A DNA stretch of 64,000 nucleotides from NCBI GenBank assembly GCA_001818495.1, contig MHKS01000005.1:402584-466583 (forward strand), written 5' to 3'. The notes under the pieces are model-generated. The model did no database searches, was not told the origin of the DNA, and saw only the letters and a list, made by a program, of their open reading frames with translations. Position numbers and translations under genes: made by a program. Positions 28,407 to 38,021 of this stretch are shown one piece after another. Position 1 is the stretch's first letter, and each line of letters begins with the position of its first letter. The DNA is from Candidatus Komeilibacteria bacterium RIFOXYD1_FULL_37_29 (GTDB lineage: Bacteria > Patescibacteriota > Patescibacteriia > UBA1558 > GWA2-36-10).

Positions 28407-29438
28407 ATGAGTAGTGGAAAGAGAAAAATTTTATTAGTCGGTGGTGGGACATTGGGATCAGTATCACCACTTCTGGCTATTTCGGCCAATTATCCGGCGG
28501 AGTATTTATTTATTGGAACTATAGATGGTCCAGAAAAAGATTTTGTTTTGTCCCAAGGTATAGCCAATTTTCAGGCCATCAAGAGTGGCAAATTGCGTCG
28601 TTATTTTGATGTAAAAAATTTTTCTGATATTTTTCAAACTGTCGCTGGGTTTTTTCAAAGTCTTAAAATTATTTGGAACTTTAAGCCGGACATAGTTTTA
28701 ACCGCCGGTAGTTTTGTAGCTGTGCCAGTAGTCTTCGCAGCTTGGCTACTGAGAAAACCAGTTATTGTCCATCAGCAGGATATAGCTGTGGGTTTGGCCA
28801 ATAAACTGATGGCGCCGTTTGCTAAAAAAATAACTGTATTATTTCCCGAACAGGTTAAAGATTTTGATAGTCGCAAAACAGTGATAACGGGCAATCCCGT
28901 ACGTAGTGTTAAAATTGATTTGGAAAAAAATGAGCCGTTGGTACTGATTACCGGTGGAGGATTGGGTGCGCGAACTATGAATGAATTTGTCAAGCAGTTT
29001 GTGCCCAAAATCCTAGCAGCTGGTTTTAAGGTTTATCATCTGCTGGGCGCCAAAAATGCCGATCAGAGCTTATCCCTAGATGGTTATTATAGTGACAAGT
29101 TTATCAATAAGAATATGATGGATATTTTGGCTCGAGCCGATATTGTCATTTCTCGGGCGGGCATGTCTTCAATTTCGGAGGCAGCCGCGCTCAAAAAAGC
29201 TTTAGTTTTGATTCCAATGACTGGTACTCATCAGGAGAGAAATGCGGCTTTTTTAGCCAAAAAAAACGCTGCCTTGATGATTCGCCAATATAATTATAAG
29301 ATTATGGATAGATATCTTGATAAGCTGTTAAACAAGGAAGATTTGCGAAAAGCTCTAGGTGATAATTTGAATAACCTTTTCCCTCAAAACGCTGTTAATG
29401 ACTATGTTATTCTGATCAATCAAATTTTAAATGAATAA
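28407..29438 (+). CDS. murG: Undecaprenyl-PP-MurNAc-pentapeptide GlcNAc transferase
   Basis: GGGTLGSVSPLLAI N-terminus, GT28 fold, dcw context. Confidence 0.75.
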   Translation: MSSGKRKILLVGGGTLGSVSPLLAISANYPAEYLFIGTIDGPEKDFVLSQGIANFQAIKSGKLRRYFDVKNFSDIFQTVAGFFQSLKIIWNFKPDIVLTAGSFVAVPVVFAAWLLRKPVIVHQQDIAVGLANKLMAPFAKKITVLFPEQVKDFDSRKTVITGNPVRSVKIDLEKNEPLVLITGGGLGARTMNEFVKQFVPKILAAGFKVYHLLGAKNADQSLSLDGYYSDKFINKNMMDILARADIVISRAGMSSISEAAALKKALVLIPMTGTHQERNAAFLAKKNAALMIRQYNYKIMDRYLDKLLNKEDLRKALGDNLNNLFPQNAVNDYVILINQILNE

Positions 29439-30801
29439 AATAAATTTGGAAAAAATAAATAAAGTTTATTTATCTGGTATTGGCGGTATTGGTCTATCGG
29501 CGATTGCTTATTATTTTAAAAATTTAGGCAAGGAGGTAGTTGGTTCTGATCTGGCAGAATCAGAAGTTATCAAAAGATTAAAAGAGGCAGATATAGAAAT
29601 AAATTTTAAACAAGTTGCCAAAAATATTTCTGCTGACATTGATTTGTTTATTTATTCTTCAGCCTTGCCACTAGACCATGAGGAACTAGTCAGAGCCAAA
29701 GAGCTGAAAATACCTAGTCTTACTTATTTTCAATTTTTGGGGCTACTCTCTAAAAAGTATAAAACTATTGCTGTAGCCGGCACCAACGGTAAAACTACGA
29801 CGACCGCTATGCTGGGACTGATGCTAGAAAAAGCCGGCCTTGATCCAACAGTCATTGTCGGATCGCTAGTGCCACAGTGGGGTAAAAATTTTCGCCTGGG
29901 GCAGTCAGATATTTTGGTGGTCGAAGCTTGTGAGTGGCAAGCCCATATGTTGGAGATTAAGCCACAGATTATAGTACTCACCAATATAGCCGAGGATCAC
30001 TTGGATTTTTACAAAGATTTAAATGATATCAAGAAGCATTTTCAAAAGTTTGTTAATAAATTACCGGCCGATGGTTTGCTGATTAAAAATTGTGATGATC
30101 AAAATAGCAGTCAGATAAAATTTCGTCAGATAATCGGTATTGGTAAAGAGGAGGGGGCTGATTGTTATTTTAAAAATTTGACGGTGGTGGATAATAAACA
30201 AAAATTTGAAACCAATTTTGGCCGTGACGATAAGTTGTCGGAAATAGAATTGCCAGTGCCGGGTTTGTATAATATCTACAATGCTCTGTCTGCTATAGCG
30301 GTGGCCAATCATTTGGGAGTCAATCGTCATCAGATTTGGAATGCTTTAGCCGAATTTAAAGGCACTTGGCGGCGTTTTGAAATAATTGGTCAGATGAAAT
30401 CAAATATTGTTATTTCTGATTATGCGCATCATCCTGATTCTATTACCATGCTTCTGCGGGCTACTAAAGATTTTTATCCGGACAAAAAAATTATTGCTGT
30501 TTTTCAGCCTCATCATCATAATCGGACCAAAACACTGCTCGATCAATTTGCCAAGGCTTTTTATTTGGCTGATCAGGCCATTATTTTGGAAATTTATAAA
30601 GTGAGTGGTCGGGAAAGTCAAGCAGTAGATAAAGTCAGTTCCGTAGATCTACTGGAAAAGATGAATCACAAGCGCAAGCATTATGCCGCTGATTTTAAAA
30701 AAGCCAAAGAAATACTCAAAGATATAAGTCCAGTTAATGCAGTCATTCTTTTTATCGGCGCAGGGGACATAGATAATTTAGCTAGAGAAATTATTGATTA
30801 A
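29431..30801 (+). CDS. murC: UDP-N-acetylmuramate--L-alanine ligase
   Basis: GIGGIGLSAIA, AVAGTNGKTTTTAM. Confidence 0.8.
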   Translation: MNKINLEKINKVYLSGIGGIGLSAIAYYFKNLGKEVVGSDLAESEVIKRLKEADIEINFKQVAKNISADIDLFIYSSALPLDHEELVRAKELKIPSLTYFQFLGLLSKKYKTIAVAGTNGKTTTTAMLGLMLEKAGLDPTVIVGSLVPQWGKNFRLGQSDILVVEACEWQAHMLEIKPQIIVLTNIAEDHLDFYKDLNDIKKHFQKFVNKLPADGLLIKNCDDQNSSQIKFRQIIGIGKEEGADCYFKNLTVVDNKQKFETNFGRDDKLSEIELPVPGLYNIYNALSAIAVANHLGVNRHQIWNALAEFKGTWRRFEIIGQMKSNIVISDYAHHPDSITMLLRATKDFYPDKKIIAVFQPHHHNRTKTLLDQFAKAFYLADQAIILEIYKVSGRESQAVDKVSSVDLLEKMNHKRKHYAADFKKAKEILKDISPVNAVILFIGAGDIDNLAREIID

Positions 30802-31585
30802 TATGGAAAAATTATTTATAAAAAATAGAAATAATAAAAATATAGCTGTTTTAGTTGATATAGTAGATAATCAAAAAGGTTTAGTTTTTATAATGCACGG
30901 ATTGGGAGGTTTCAAAGAGCAACGCCATATTCAAACTTTTGCTAAAGCATTCAAAAATCAAGGTTTTACGACAGTTCTTTTTGATGCTACAAATACTTTA
31001 GGTAAAGGAGAAAGTGAAGGTAGTTATGAAGATGCAACAGTCACTAACTATTACGCCGATTTAGAAGATGTGATCAATTGGGCCAAAAAACAAAAATGGT
31101 ATCAACAACCTTTTTGTTTGGTGGGGCATAGTCTTGGTGGTATATGTATAGCATTGTATGCTGAAAATTATCCTAAACAAGTTAAAGGTTTGGCTCCTAT
31201 TTCAACTGTAGTTTCTGGTAAACTTAGTATGGAAACTGAGAAGCATAAAAATATTGCCAAAGAGTGGGAACGAACAGGTTGGTATATTACAGAAAGTTCT
31301 TCTCAGCCAGGAATCATAAAAAGATTAAAGTGGTCTCATATGATTGATCGATTAAAATATGATTTATTATTAAAGGTGGACAAACTCGCGATGCCTGTAT
31401 TGCTTATTGTTGGTGATCAAGATGACAGTACTCTTCCAAAACATCAAAAAATACTTTATGAAAAATTACCTGCTCAAAAAGAATTACATATTATCAAAGG
31501 AGCACAGCATACATTTAAGGAAGAAAAACATCTAAAAGAAATAAAGAAGATTTTTGGTAATTGGATAAAAAAATTAAACACATGA
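30794..31585 (+). CDS. Alpha/beta-hydrolase-fold protein inserted between murC and murB
   Basis: Nucleophile elbow GHSLGG; 263 aa. Confidence 0.6.
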   Translation: MINMEKLFIKNRNNKNIAVLVDIVDNQKGLVFIMHGLGGFKEQRHIQTFAKAFKNQGFTTVLFDATNTLGKGESEGSYEDATVTNYYADLEDVINWAKKQKWYQQPFCLVGHSLGGICIALYAENYPKQVKGLAPISTVVSGKLSMETEKHKNIAKEWERTGWYITESSSQPGIIKRLKWSHMIDRLKYDLLLKVDKLAMPVLLIVGDQDDSTLPKHQKILYEKLPAQKELHIIKGAQHTFKEEKHLKEIKKIFGNWIKKLNT

Positions 31586-32502
31586 CCATAGAAAAAAATA
31601 AAAGTTTAAAAGAATATACTACTTTTAAAATTGGCGGACCGGCTGAGTATTTTGCTGAGGTAAAAACTGCTCAAGAAGTGCAGGAAGCTTTACAGTGGGC
31701 CAAGGATAATCAACAATCGGTAAAAATATTGGGTGGTGGTAGTAATATGTTGATTGCTGACGCTGGTCTAAAAGGATTGGTTATAAAACTTAGTTTGGAT
31801 AAATTGGAGTTTGATGATTTGAAAGTAACAGTCGGACCAGGAATAAGATTGGCTTATTTATTAAATAAAGCACTAGAGAGCAATTTAACTGGTTTGGAAT
31901 TTGTCGCTGGAATTCCCGGCACAGTCGGCGGGGCAATTCGCGGTAATGCCGGCACCTATGGCCTAGCTATGGATAGTGTAGTAAAAAAAATAAAATATGC
32001 TGATGAAAATGGTCAACTTAAAGAAATAACAGCCACCGAAGCAAAATTTGCCTATCGTCATAGTATTTTTAAAGAAAATTTTTGGATTATAGTAGAAGCA
32101 GAATTGGAACTAGCCAAAGGAGATATCAAAGTTGCTCGGGTTCTGGTTAATGAGAGATTAAAGTATCGACAAGATACCCAACCAAATTTGCCATCAGCTG
32201 GCTGTATTTTTAAAAACATTCTTTTTGAAGAAGTGGATCTCAAAAAATTGGCCGAAAAAAACATTGATATTGATAAATTTTCTAAGTTTAAAAAGATTCC
32301 GGCGGCTCATTTGATTGAAAGAGCTGGTCTCAAGGGGCACGCTATTGGTGGCGCACAGGTTTCTGATGTGCATGCCAATTATATAGTCAACAATGGTAGA
32401 GCTACAGCCGAGCAGGTTATTATGCTAATTAGCTTTATTAAACAACAAGTTAGGGATAAGTATGGAGTACAATTGCAGGAAGAAGTACAATTATTTGTCT
32501 AA
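31561..32502 (+). CDS. murB: UDP-N-acetylenolpyruvoylglucosamine reductase
   Basis: FAD-binding KIGGPAEYF..GGGSN; C-terminal MurB domain. Confidence 0.75.
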   Translation: MDKKIKHMTIEKNKSLKEYTTFKIGGPAEYFAEVKTAQEVQEALQWAKDNQQSVKILGGGSNMLIADAGLKGLVIKLSLDKLEFDDLKVTVGPGIRLAYLLNKALESNLTGLEFVAGIPGTVGGAIRGNAGTYGLAMDSVVKKIKYADENGQLKEITATEAKFAYRHSIFKENFWIIVEAELELAKGDIKVARVLVNERLKYRQDTQPNLPSAGCIFKNILFEEVDLKKLAEKNIDIDKFSKFKKIPAAHLIERAGLKGHAIGGAQVSDVHANYIVNNGRATAEQVIMLISFIKQQVRDKYGVQLQEEVQLFV

Positions 32503-32546
32503 TATTAGCCAAAAAGAGTATTTTTTTACTTTTTACCCCATAGTTA

Positions 32547-32574
32547 TTGACTTTTTGAAAAAAATCTGTATAAT
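32547..32574 (+). promoter_or_regulatory. Sigma70-type promoter of the infA-rpmJ-rpsM operon (TTGACT-N16-TATAAT)
   Basis: Seen directly in sequence. Confidence 0.5.
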
Positions 32575-32682
32575 ATAGGGGCATTGATTATTTGTAAAAT
32601 TTTTAAGAAATTACGCTTATCTAAGGAAAATTCTTATGGTCAATTTAGGATCAGAGAGGAATTCCTTTTTTTATAGAGATAA

Positions 32683-32919
32683 ATGACAGACCAGGAGCCA
32701 AAAATAAATAAAAAAGGGTTTCTAGAGATGGACGGAGAAGTGTCAGAGCTTCTTCCTAATGCAAACTTTAAGGTGGTTTTAGAAAACGGCCATGAGGTTT
32801 TGGCTCATCTAGCTGGAAAAATGCGTATGTTTAAAATCAGAATACTGCCAGGCGACAAAGTCACTTTAGAGCTGAGTCCCTATGATATGAGTAAAGGCAG
32901 GATTATTTATAGAAAATAA
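32683..32919 (+). CDS. infA: Translation initiation factor IF-1
   Basis: S1-like [43 protein letters not shown]. Confidence 0.85.
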   Translation: MTDQEPKINKKGFLEMDGEVSELLPNANFKVVLENGHEVLAHLAGKMRMFKIRILPGDKVTLELSPYDMSKGRIIYRK

Positions 32920-32921
32920 TT

Positions 32922-33035
32922 ATGAAAGTTAGATCATCAGTCAAAAAAATGTGTAAAGATTGTACGATTACCCGCCGTAAGAAGAGGGTAGTTTGTATTT
33001 GTAAAAATCCCAAGCACAAACAAAGACAAGGATAA
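32922..33035 (+). CDS. rpmJ: 50S ribosomal protein L36 (absent from the ORF track because it is short)
   Basis: Translation [37 protein letters not shown]. Confidence 0.85.
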   Translation: MKVRSSVKKMCKDCTITRRKKRVVCICKNPKHKQRQG

Positions 33036-33068
33036 TTTTAATAATAAGAATTTTAGATATTTAAAAGT

Positions 33069-33455
33069 ATGGCCAGAATATCAGGCGTAAACATTCCCAA
33101 AGAAAAAAGAGCTGAAGTAGCCCTTACTTATATTTATGGTATTGGTATAGCTACGGCTCGTAAAATATTGAAAGAATTAAAATTTGACGTTAATACTAAA
33201 ATAAAAGATTTTAGTGACGAACAAATAAACCAACTTCGACAAAAAGTAGAATCTATTAAAGTAGAAGGTGAGCTTCGTCGCGAAAGAATATCCAACGTTA
33301 AAAGATTGAAAGAAATTAAATCATATCGCGGCACCAGACATTCTAAAGGTTTGCCAGCCAGAGGACAAAGAACCAAAACAAATTCTCGAACTGTCCGCGG
33401 TAACAAACGTATTACTATGGGTAGCGGTCGCGCTCCATCAGCCCAAAAGACCTAA
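33069..33455 (+). CDS. rpsM: 30S ribosomal protein S13
   Basis: [26 protein letters not shown]. Confidence 0.9.
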   Translation: MARISGVNIPKEKRAEVALTYIYGIGIATARKILKELKFDVNTKIKDFSDEQINQLRQKVESIKVEGELRRERISNVKRLKEIKSYRGTRHSKGLPARGQRTKTNSRTVRGNKRITMGSGRAPSAQKT

Positions 33456-33477
33456 TTTTAAATGATTTTTATATAAT

Positions 33478-33864
33478 ATGGCAAATAAAATAAGTTCAAA
33501 AAAGAAAGCTAAAAAGAGCATCAAGAAAGGTCAGGTCTATATTCAGGCCACCTATAACAATACTTTAGTCACTATTGCTGATGAACAGGGCAATACTTTG
33601 GCTTGGTCATCAGCTGGTGTTAATGGTTTTAAAGGTCCTAAAAAAGCCACTCCCTATGCGGCTGGCATTATCGTTAGAAATGCTTGTGATAAAGTAAAGG
33701 ATATGGGACTGATAACCGTTGATGTTTTTGTGACTGGAGTGGGCGCTGGACGAGAAGCCGCCGTTAGAGCTTTGCACGCCAATGGTTTGACCATAAATTC
33801 TATTAAGGATTTGACTCCTATACCACACAATGGTTGCCGTCCCAAGAAAACAAGAAGAGTATAA
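33478..33864 (+). CDS. rpsK: 30S ribosomal protein S11
   Basis: [12 protein letters not shown]...GFKG..K.TP.AA. Confidence 0.9.
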   Translation: MANKISSKKKAKKSIKKGQVYIQATYNNTLVTIADEQGNTLAWSSAGVNGFKGPKKATPYAAGIIVRNACDKVKDMGLITVDVFVTGVGAGREAAVRALHANGLTINSIKDLTPIPHNGCRPKKTRRV

Positions 33865-33883
33865 TTTGAATATAATTTAAGAT

Positions 33884-34492
33884 ATGGCTAGAAATTTAAA
33901 ACCCAGATATAAAGCAAGTCGTAGATTCGGTGAAAATGTTGCCGATACTTTAAAGCAGTCAAAGAAAAATTATCCTGCCGGCATGCACGGTCCCAAGAAA
34001 GCTTTTACCAAAACCTCTGAATACGGTAGACAACTTCAGGAAAAACAAAAAGCTAAGGCCATTTATGGTATGTTGGAAAAACAATTCAAATTGACTTTTG
34101 AAAAATCTACCAAATTACCAGGTGACCTCGGACAGAATTTTCTAACAATGCTCGAAACTCGTTTGGACAATGTAGTTTATCGAGCTGGGCTAGCTCAAAC
34201 TAGACGTTTGGCTCGTCAATTGGTCAATCATGGCCATTTCATTGTTGATGGTGTATCTACCGATATTCCTTCTTTTAGAGTACAACCCGGACAAGTAATC
34301 AAAGTTAAAGATAATAAAATTAAAAAAGGCTATTGGTCAGCTTTAGCAGAAAAATTGGGCAAAGCAGAAACAGCCGGTTGGTTGTCCTTAGATGTCAAAA
34401 ATTTTACTATTACCGTCAATTCTTTGCCAAACAAGGAAGATTTGCCGGCCAATATAGACATGCCTTTGATAGTTGATTTTTATTCTAGATAA
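33884..34492 (+). CDS. rpsD: 30S ribosomal protein S4
   Basis: MARNLKPRYKASRRFGENV; S4 domain. Confidence 0.9.
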   Translation: MARNLKPRYKASRRFGENVADTLKQSKKNYPAGMHGPKKAFTKTSEYGRQLQEKQKAKAIYGMLEKQFKLTFEKSTKLPGDLGQNFLTMLETRLDNVVYRAGLAQTRRLARQLVNHGHFIVDGVSTDIPSFRVQPGQVIKVKDNKIKKGYWSALAEKLGKAETAGWLSLDVKNFTITVNSLPNKEDLPANIDMPLIVDFYSR

Positions 34493-34519
34493 TAATAAAT
34501 AAAAACTAAAAATAGACTT

Positions 34520-35290
34520 ATGATTCAAATTACATTACCAGACAAAATAGACATCAAGGATTTAAAGGATAACCATTATCAAGTGGTGATTGAGCCTTTT
34601 TTTCCAGGTTTTGGCGTCACGGTAGCCAACTCTCTTCGCAGAGTATTATTATCATCTCTTGAGGGATCGGCCGTAACTTCTTTTAAAGTAGAGGGTGCGC
34701 AACATGAATTTGATTCTGTCGAGGGAGTCAAAGAAGATTTGGTAGAAATTATGCTAAATCTTAAACAACTAAGACTAAAGTCTTTTTCTGATGAGCCCGT
34801 AAAACTGATTATTGAAGTGAAGGGTGAAAAAGTAGTGACAGCTTCAGACATCAAAAAAAATGCTGATGTTGAAATAATGAATTCAGATTTGGTCATTGCT
34901 ACCATCACTGATAAAAGCACCAAGCTGGGCATGGAAATTACTGTGGAAAATGGCAGAGGCTATGTGACTGTGGAACAACGCGATGAAAGTAAAAAATTGG
35001 AAATTAGTAATGTAGCCATTGATTCTAGCTTTTCTCCGGTATTAAACGTCGGCTACAAGATAGACAATGTCCGCGTGGGGGAAATGACTAATTATGAGAG
35101 AGTTACTATGGATTTGGTCACTGATGGTACTATTGATGCTACTGAGGCAATTTCTAAGGCCGCTAAAATTTTGGAAGATCATTTCGGATTATTTATTAAA
35201 AATAAATCTGAAGAAGTAGAAGCTGAACCAGAAGAAAAACCCAAAAAAGCTTCTAAAAAAGCTAGTAAGGATAAAAAAGAAGATAAATAA
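34520..35290 (+). CDS. rpoA: DNA-directed RNA polymerase alpha subunit, N-terminal domain only; no alpha-CTD, ends in an acidic/lysine-rich tail
   Basis: alphaNTD pattern; 256 aa versus about 330 aa typical; C-terminus EEVEAEPEEKPKKASKKASKDKKEDK. Confidence 0.75.
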   Translation: MIQITLPDKIDIKDLKDNHYQVVIEPFFPGFGVTVANSLRRVLLSSLEGSAVTSFKVEGAQHEFDSVEGVKEDLVEIMLNLKQLRLKSFSDEPVKLIIEVKGEKVVTASDIKKNADVEIMNSDLVIATITDKSTKLGMEITVENGRGYVTVEQRDESKKLEISNVAIDSSFSPVLNVGYKIDNVRVGEMTNYERVTMDLVTDGTIDATEAISKAAKILEDHFGLFIKNKSEEVEAEPEEKPKKASKKASKDKKEDK

Positions 35291-35308
35291 TATTGAGTTA
35301 ATCGAAAT

Positions 35309-35659
35309 ATGAGACACAGAAAAGTAGGCAGAAAATTGGGGAGAAAAACCGGTCCACGCAAGGCTTTGAAAGACAGCTTGGCCACTTCATTGGTTTTGTA
35401 TGAAAAAATTGTTACTACTGAAACCAAGGCCAAAACTATCCGTCCAATTGTAGAAAAACTGGTTACTCGCGCTAAGATCAAATCAGTCCACAATAAACAG
35501 CAATTAAGTAGAGTATTGGAAGATAAAAAAGCTGTTCAAAAATTATTGGATGTTTTGGGACCACGTTATAAAGATAGAAAGGGCGGTTATACTCGTATTA
35601 TCAAGATGTCTCGTCGTCAGGGTGACGGTGCAGCCATGGCTCAAATTGAATTTGTATAA
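35309..35659 (+). CDS. rplQ: 50S ribosomal protein L17
   Basis: MRHRKVGRKLGRKTGPRKAL. Confidence 0.9.
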   Translation: MRHRKVGRKLGRKTGPRKALKDSLATSLVLYEKIVTTETKAKTIRPIVEKLVTRAKIKSVHNKQQLSRVLEDKKAVQKLLDVLGPRYKDRKGGYTRIIKMSRRQGDGAAMAQIEFV

Positions 35660-35663
35660 ACAT

Positions 35664-36011
35664 ATGGAAAGAAATACACATAAAATTGACGCAACTGGGA
35701 AAATAGCTGGCCGATTGTCCAGTAAGATTGCTATGCTTTTGCAAGGTAAAAATAAAGCCGATTATCAACCACAAATTGATGGTGGTGATACTGTTGAAGT
35801 TTCCAATGTGGCGGCTATGAAATTTTCTGGCAAGAAATTGGAGACCAAAGTTTATTATAGAACCACTGGCTATCCAGGCGGTATCCGCAATAAAAGTTTA
35901 AAAGACATGATGGCTAAAACTCCTGATCAGGTCTTGCGCCAGATGGTTCGTTTGATGCTCCCAGATAATAAACTAAGAGCTAATAGAATTAAGAGATTAA
36001 AAATAAGTTAA
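35664..36011 (+). CDS. rplM: 50S ribosomal protein L13
   Basis: MERNTHKIDATGKIAGRLSSKIAMLLQGKNKADYQP. The track ORF start at 35550 overlaps rplQ, so the start is placed at the internal ATG at 35664. Confidence 0.85.
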   Translation: MERNTHKIDATGKIAGRLSSKIAMLLQGKNKADYQPQIDGGDTVEVSNVAAMKFSGKKLETKVYYRTTGYPGGIRNKSLKDMMAKTPDQVLRQMVRLMLPDNKLRANRIKRLKIS

Positions 36012-36012
36012 T

Positions 36013-36426
36013 ATGGCCGTAAAGAAAGAACATAAAGACTATATTTCAGCTGTTGGCAAGAGAAAAAGAGCTGTCGCCAGAGTTAGAATTATTAAAGGTA
36101 ATGTCAAAGGCATAAAAATTACTGTCAACGACAAAGATTATAAAGAATATTTGCCTTATACTCAGTGGCAAGAATTGATCTTAAAACCATTAAATTTAAC
36201 TGGTCGTGATAATATTGCTATTTCTATCAAGGTTCAGGGTGGTGGTGTCAGAGGTCAGGTTGGCGCTATTAGCCATGGTATTTCCAGAGCTTTGCTTAAG
36301 ACCGATGAAGAACTGCGTGCTACTCTTAGAAAAGAAGGCCTATTAACCAGAGATGATCGTCGCAAAGAACGAAAGAAACCCGGACTTAGAAAAGCTCGTC
36401 GTGCGCCACAATGGAGTAAGCGTTAA
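36013..36426 (+). CDS. rpsI: 30S ribosomal protein S9
   Basis: C-terminal RKERKKPGLRKARRAPQWSKR. Confidence 0.9.
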   Translation: MAVKKEHKDYISAVGKRKRAVARVRIIKGNVKGIKITVNDKDYKEYLPYTQWQELILKPLNLTGRDNIAISIKVQGGGVRGQVGAISHGISRALLKTDEELRATLRKEGLLTRDDRRKERKKPGLRKARRAPQWSKR

Positions 36427-36454
36427 AGAACTAAAATCATATAAAGCTAAATAT

Positions 36455-36485
36455 AAAAAAGCCCCCGATCGGGGCTTTTTATTAT
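36455..36485 (+). terminator. Rho-independent terminator after rpsI
   Basis: aaaaaagcccccgatcggggctttttatt. Confidence 0.65.
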
Positions 36486-36590
36486 CGTCAGTCAAGGCCC
36501 TTAAATCGTGGGTATTTTTTGTTATATTAGCCAATATTTTTACTAACTACAGACATTTATTTTTATTGCTCTTTATGTTAGAATTAGCCC

Positions 36591-38021
36591 ATGGTTACTA
36601 GTCAAAGAATCACTGCTAATACTAGTTTTTTTATGGCTGCTCTGATAATTCAGAAGGTTTTTTCTTTTGTTTATTTTACTCTTTTAGCTCGAAATTTGGG
36701 GGCGGAGGGTATTGGACAGTATTTTTTCGCAGTTTCTTTTGCTAGTATGTTTTCTGTTTTAGTTGACCTGGGTTTATCACCACTTTTGATCAGAGAAGTA
36801 GCCAAGGAAAAAGAAGAGCTGGAAAAATGGTTTCAGCAAGTTTTTACTTTAAAAATTATATTTTCTCTGATCACGGTTGTTATTATTTTGGCTTTGGATT
36901 TTATATTGTTTTATAACGATGCAGTCAGAAATTTAATATTTATTTCCACAGCTATTATTTTGATTGATAGTTTCACTTTAATTTTTTATGCTTTTATCAG
37001 AGGCAAACAAAATCTAAAATTTGAATCTTGGGGGACTATTATTTTTCAGATCGTTGTGATGATAAGTGGTTTGAGTTTATTGAAGGTGACTGATAAGGTT
37101 TGGCCATTTTTAATTGTTTTATTTTCCGCCAGCTTATTTAACCTGATTTATTCAGCTTTTATTTTAAATAGAAAGTTTTTTGTTAAGTTTAAATTGTATT
37201 TTTCCAAGGACTTAGTCAAACAGATCATGTTGATTGCTTTACCTTTTGCTTTAGCAGCTATTTTTGCCAAAGTTTATGCTTATATTGATACTGTTTTTAT
37301 AAAGATTTTTCTCGGTGATCAAGAAGTCGGATTTTACAGTGTGGCTTATAAGATTACTTTCTCTCTGCAGTTTATTCCCTTGGCTTTTGTGGCAGCGCTT
37401 TATCCGGCTTTTTCCAATTATTTTAAATACGATGTGGAAAAGCTAAAAAGTACTTTTGCTAAAGCTTTTAATTATTTGGCTTTTATAGCTTTGCCGGTCA
37501 GTTTTGGGATCATTGCTGTGTCCGGTGAAATAGTCCATAAATTATATACTGAAGATTTTGATTCTATTTGGCCATTGCGGGTGTTGATTGCTTCCATACC
37601 ATTTTTGTTTATTAATTTCTCATTATCTAGTTTTTTAAATGCTACTGAGCGTCAAAAAATAAATACCAGAAATTTAGGTATAGTGATGATGTTTAATATT
37701 GTTTTAAATTTGATATTTATACCAAAATTTGGAGTTTGGGGGGCTAGCTTGGCTTCTACTCTTTCCACTTTATTTTTATTTGGCTTGAATCTTTCTGAAG
37801 TAATGAAAGTGATTCATATGCCTATTAGATTTTTTAAGCCACTTTTAGGCTCTTTATTTTCAGCTGTTTTGATGTATGGGGCAGTAATTTATAGTAAAGA
37901 TATAATCGGTTGGTTTTTCTCTATCTTAGTGGGGGGCGTAGTCTATTTGATTTTGATGCTTTTGACCAAAACAATTAGAAAACAAGATTTTCTTTTTATC
38001 AAAAATTCTTTTAGATCATGA
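36591..38021 (+). CDS. MOP-superfamily polysaccharide flippase (Wzx/'polysaccharide biosynthesis protein' family)
   Basis: 476 aa, about 12-14 TM helices, N-terminal pattern typical of PF01943-type O-unit flippases. Confidence 0.6.
   Translation: MVTSQRITANTSFFMAALIIQKVFSFVYFTLLARNLGAEGIGQYFFAVSFASMFSVLVDLGLSPLLIREVAKEKEELEKWFQQVFTLKIIFSLITVVIILALDFILFYNDAVRNLIFISTAIILIDSFTLIFYAFIRGKQNLKFESWGTIIFQIVVMISGLSLLKVTDKVWPFLIVLFSASLFNLIYSAFILNRKFFVKFKLYFSKDLVKQIMLIALPFALAAIFAKVYAYIDTVFIKIFLGDQEVGFYSVAYKITFSLQFIPLAFVAALYPAFSNYFKYDVEKLKSTFAKAFNYLAFIALPVSFGIIAVSGEIVHKLYTEDFDSIWPLRVLIASIPFLFINFSLSSFLNATERQKINTRNLGIVMMFNIVLNLIFIPKFGVWGASLASTLSTLFLFGLNLSEVMKVIHMPIRFFKPLLGSLFSAVLMYGAVIYSKDIIGWFFSILVGGVVYLILMLLTKTIRKQDFLFIKNSFRS

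Noticed and set aside
35550-35663. 5' extension of the rplM ORF overlapping rplQ
   Set aside because: Conserved L13 N-terminus begins at the ATG at 35664.
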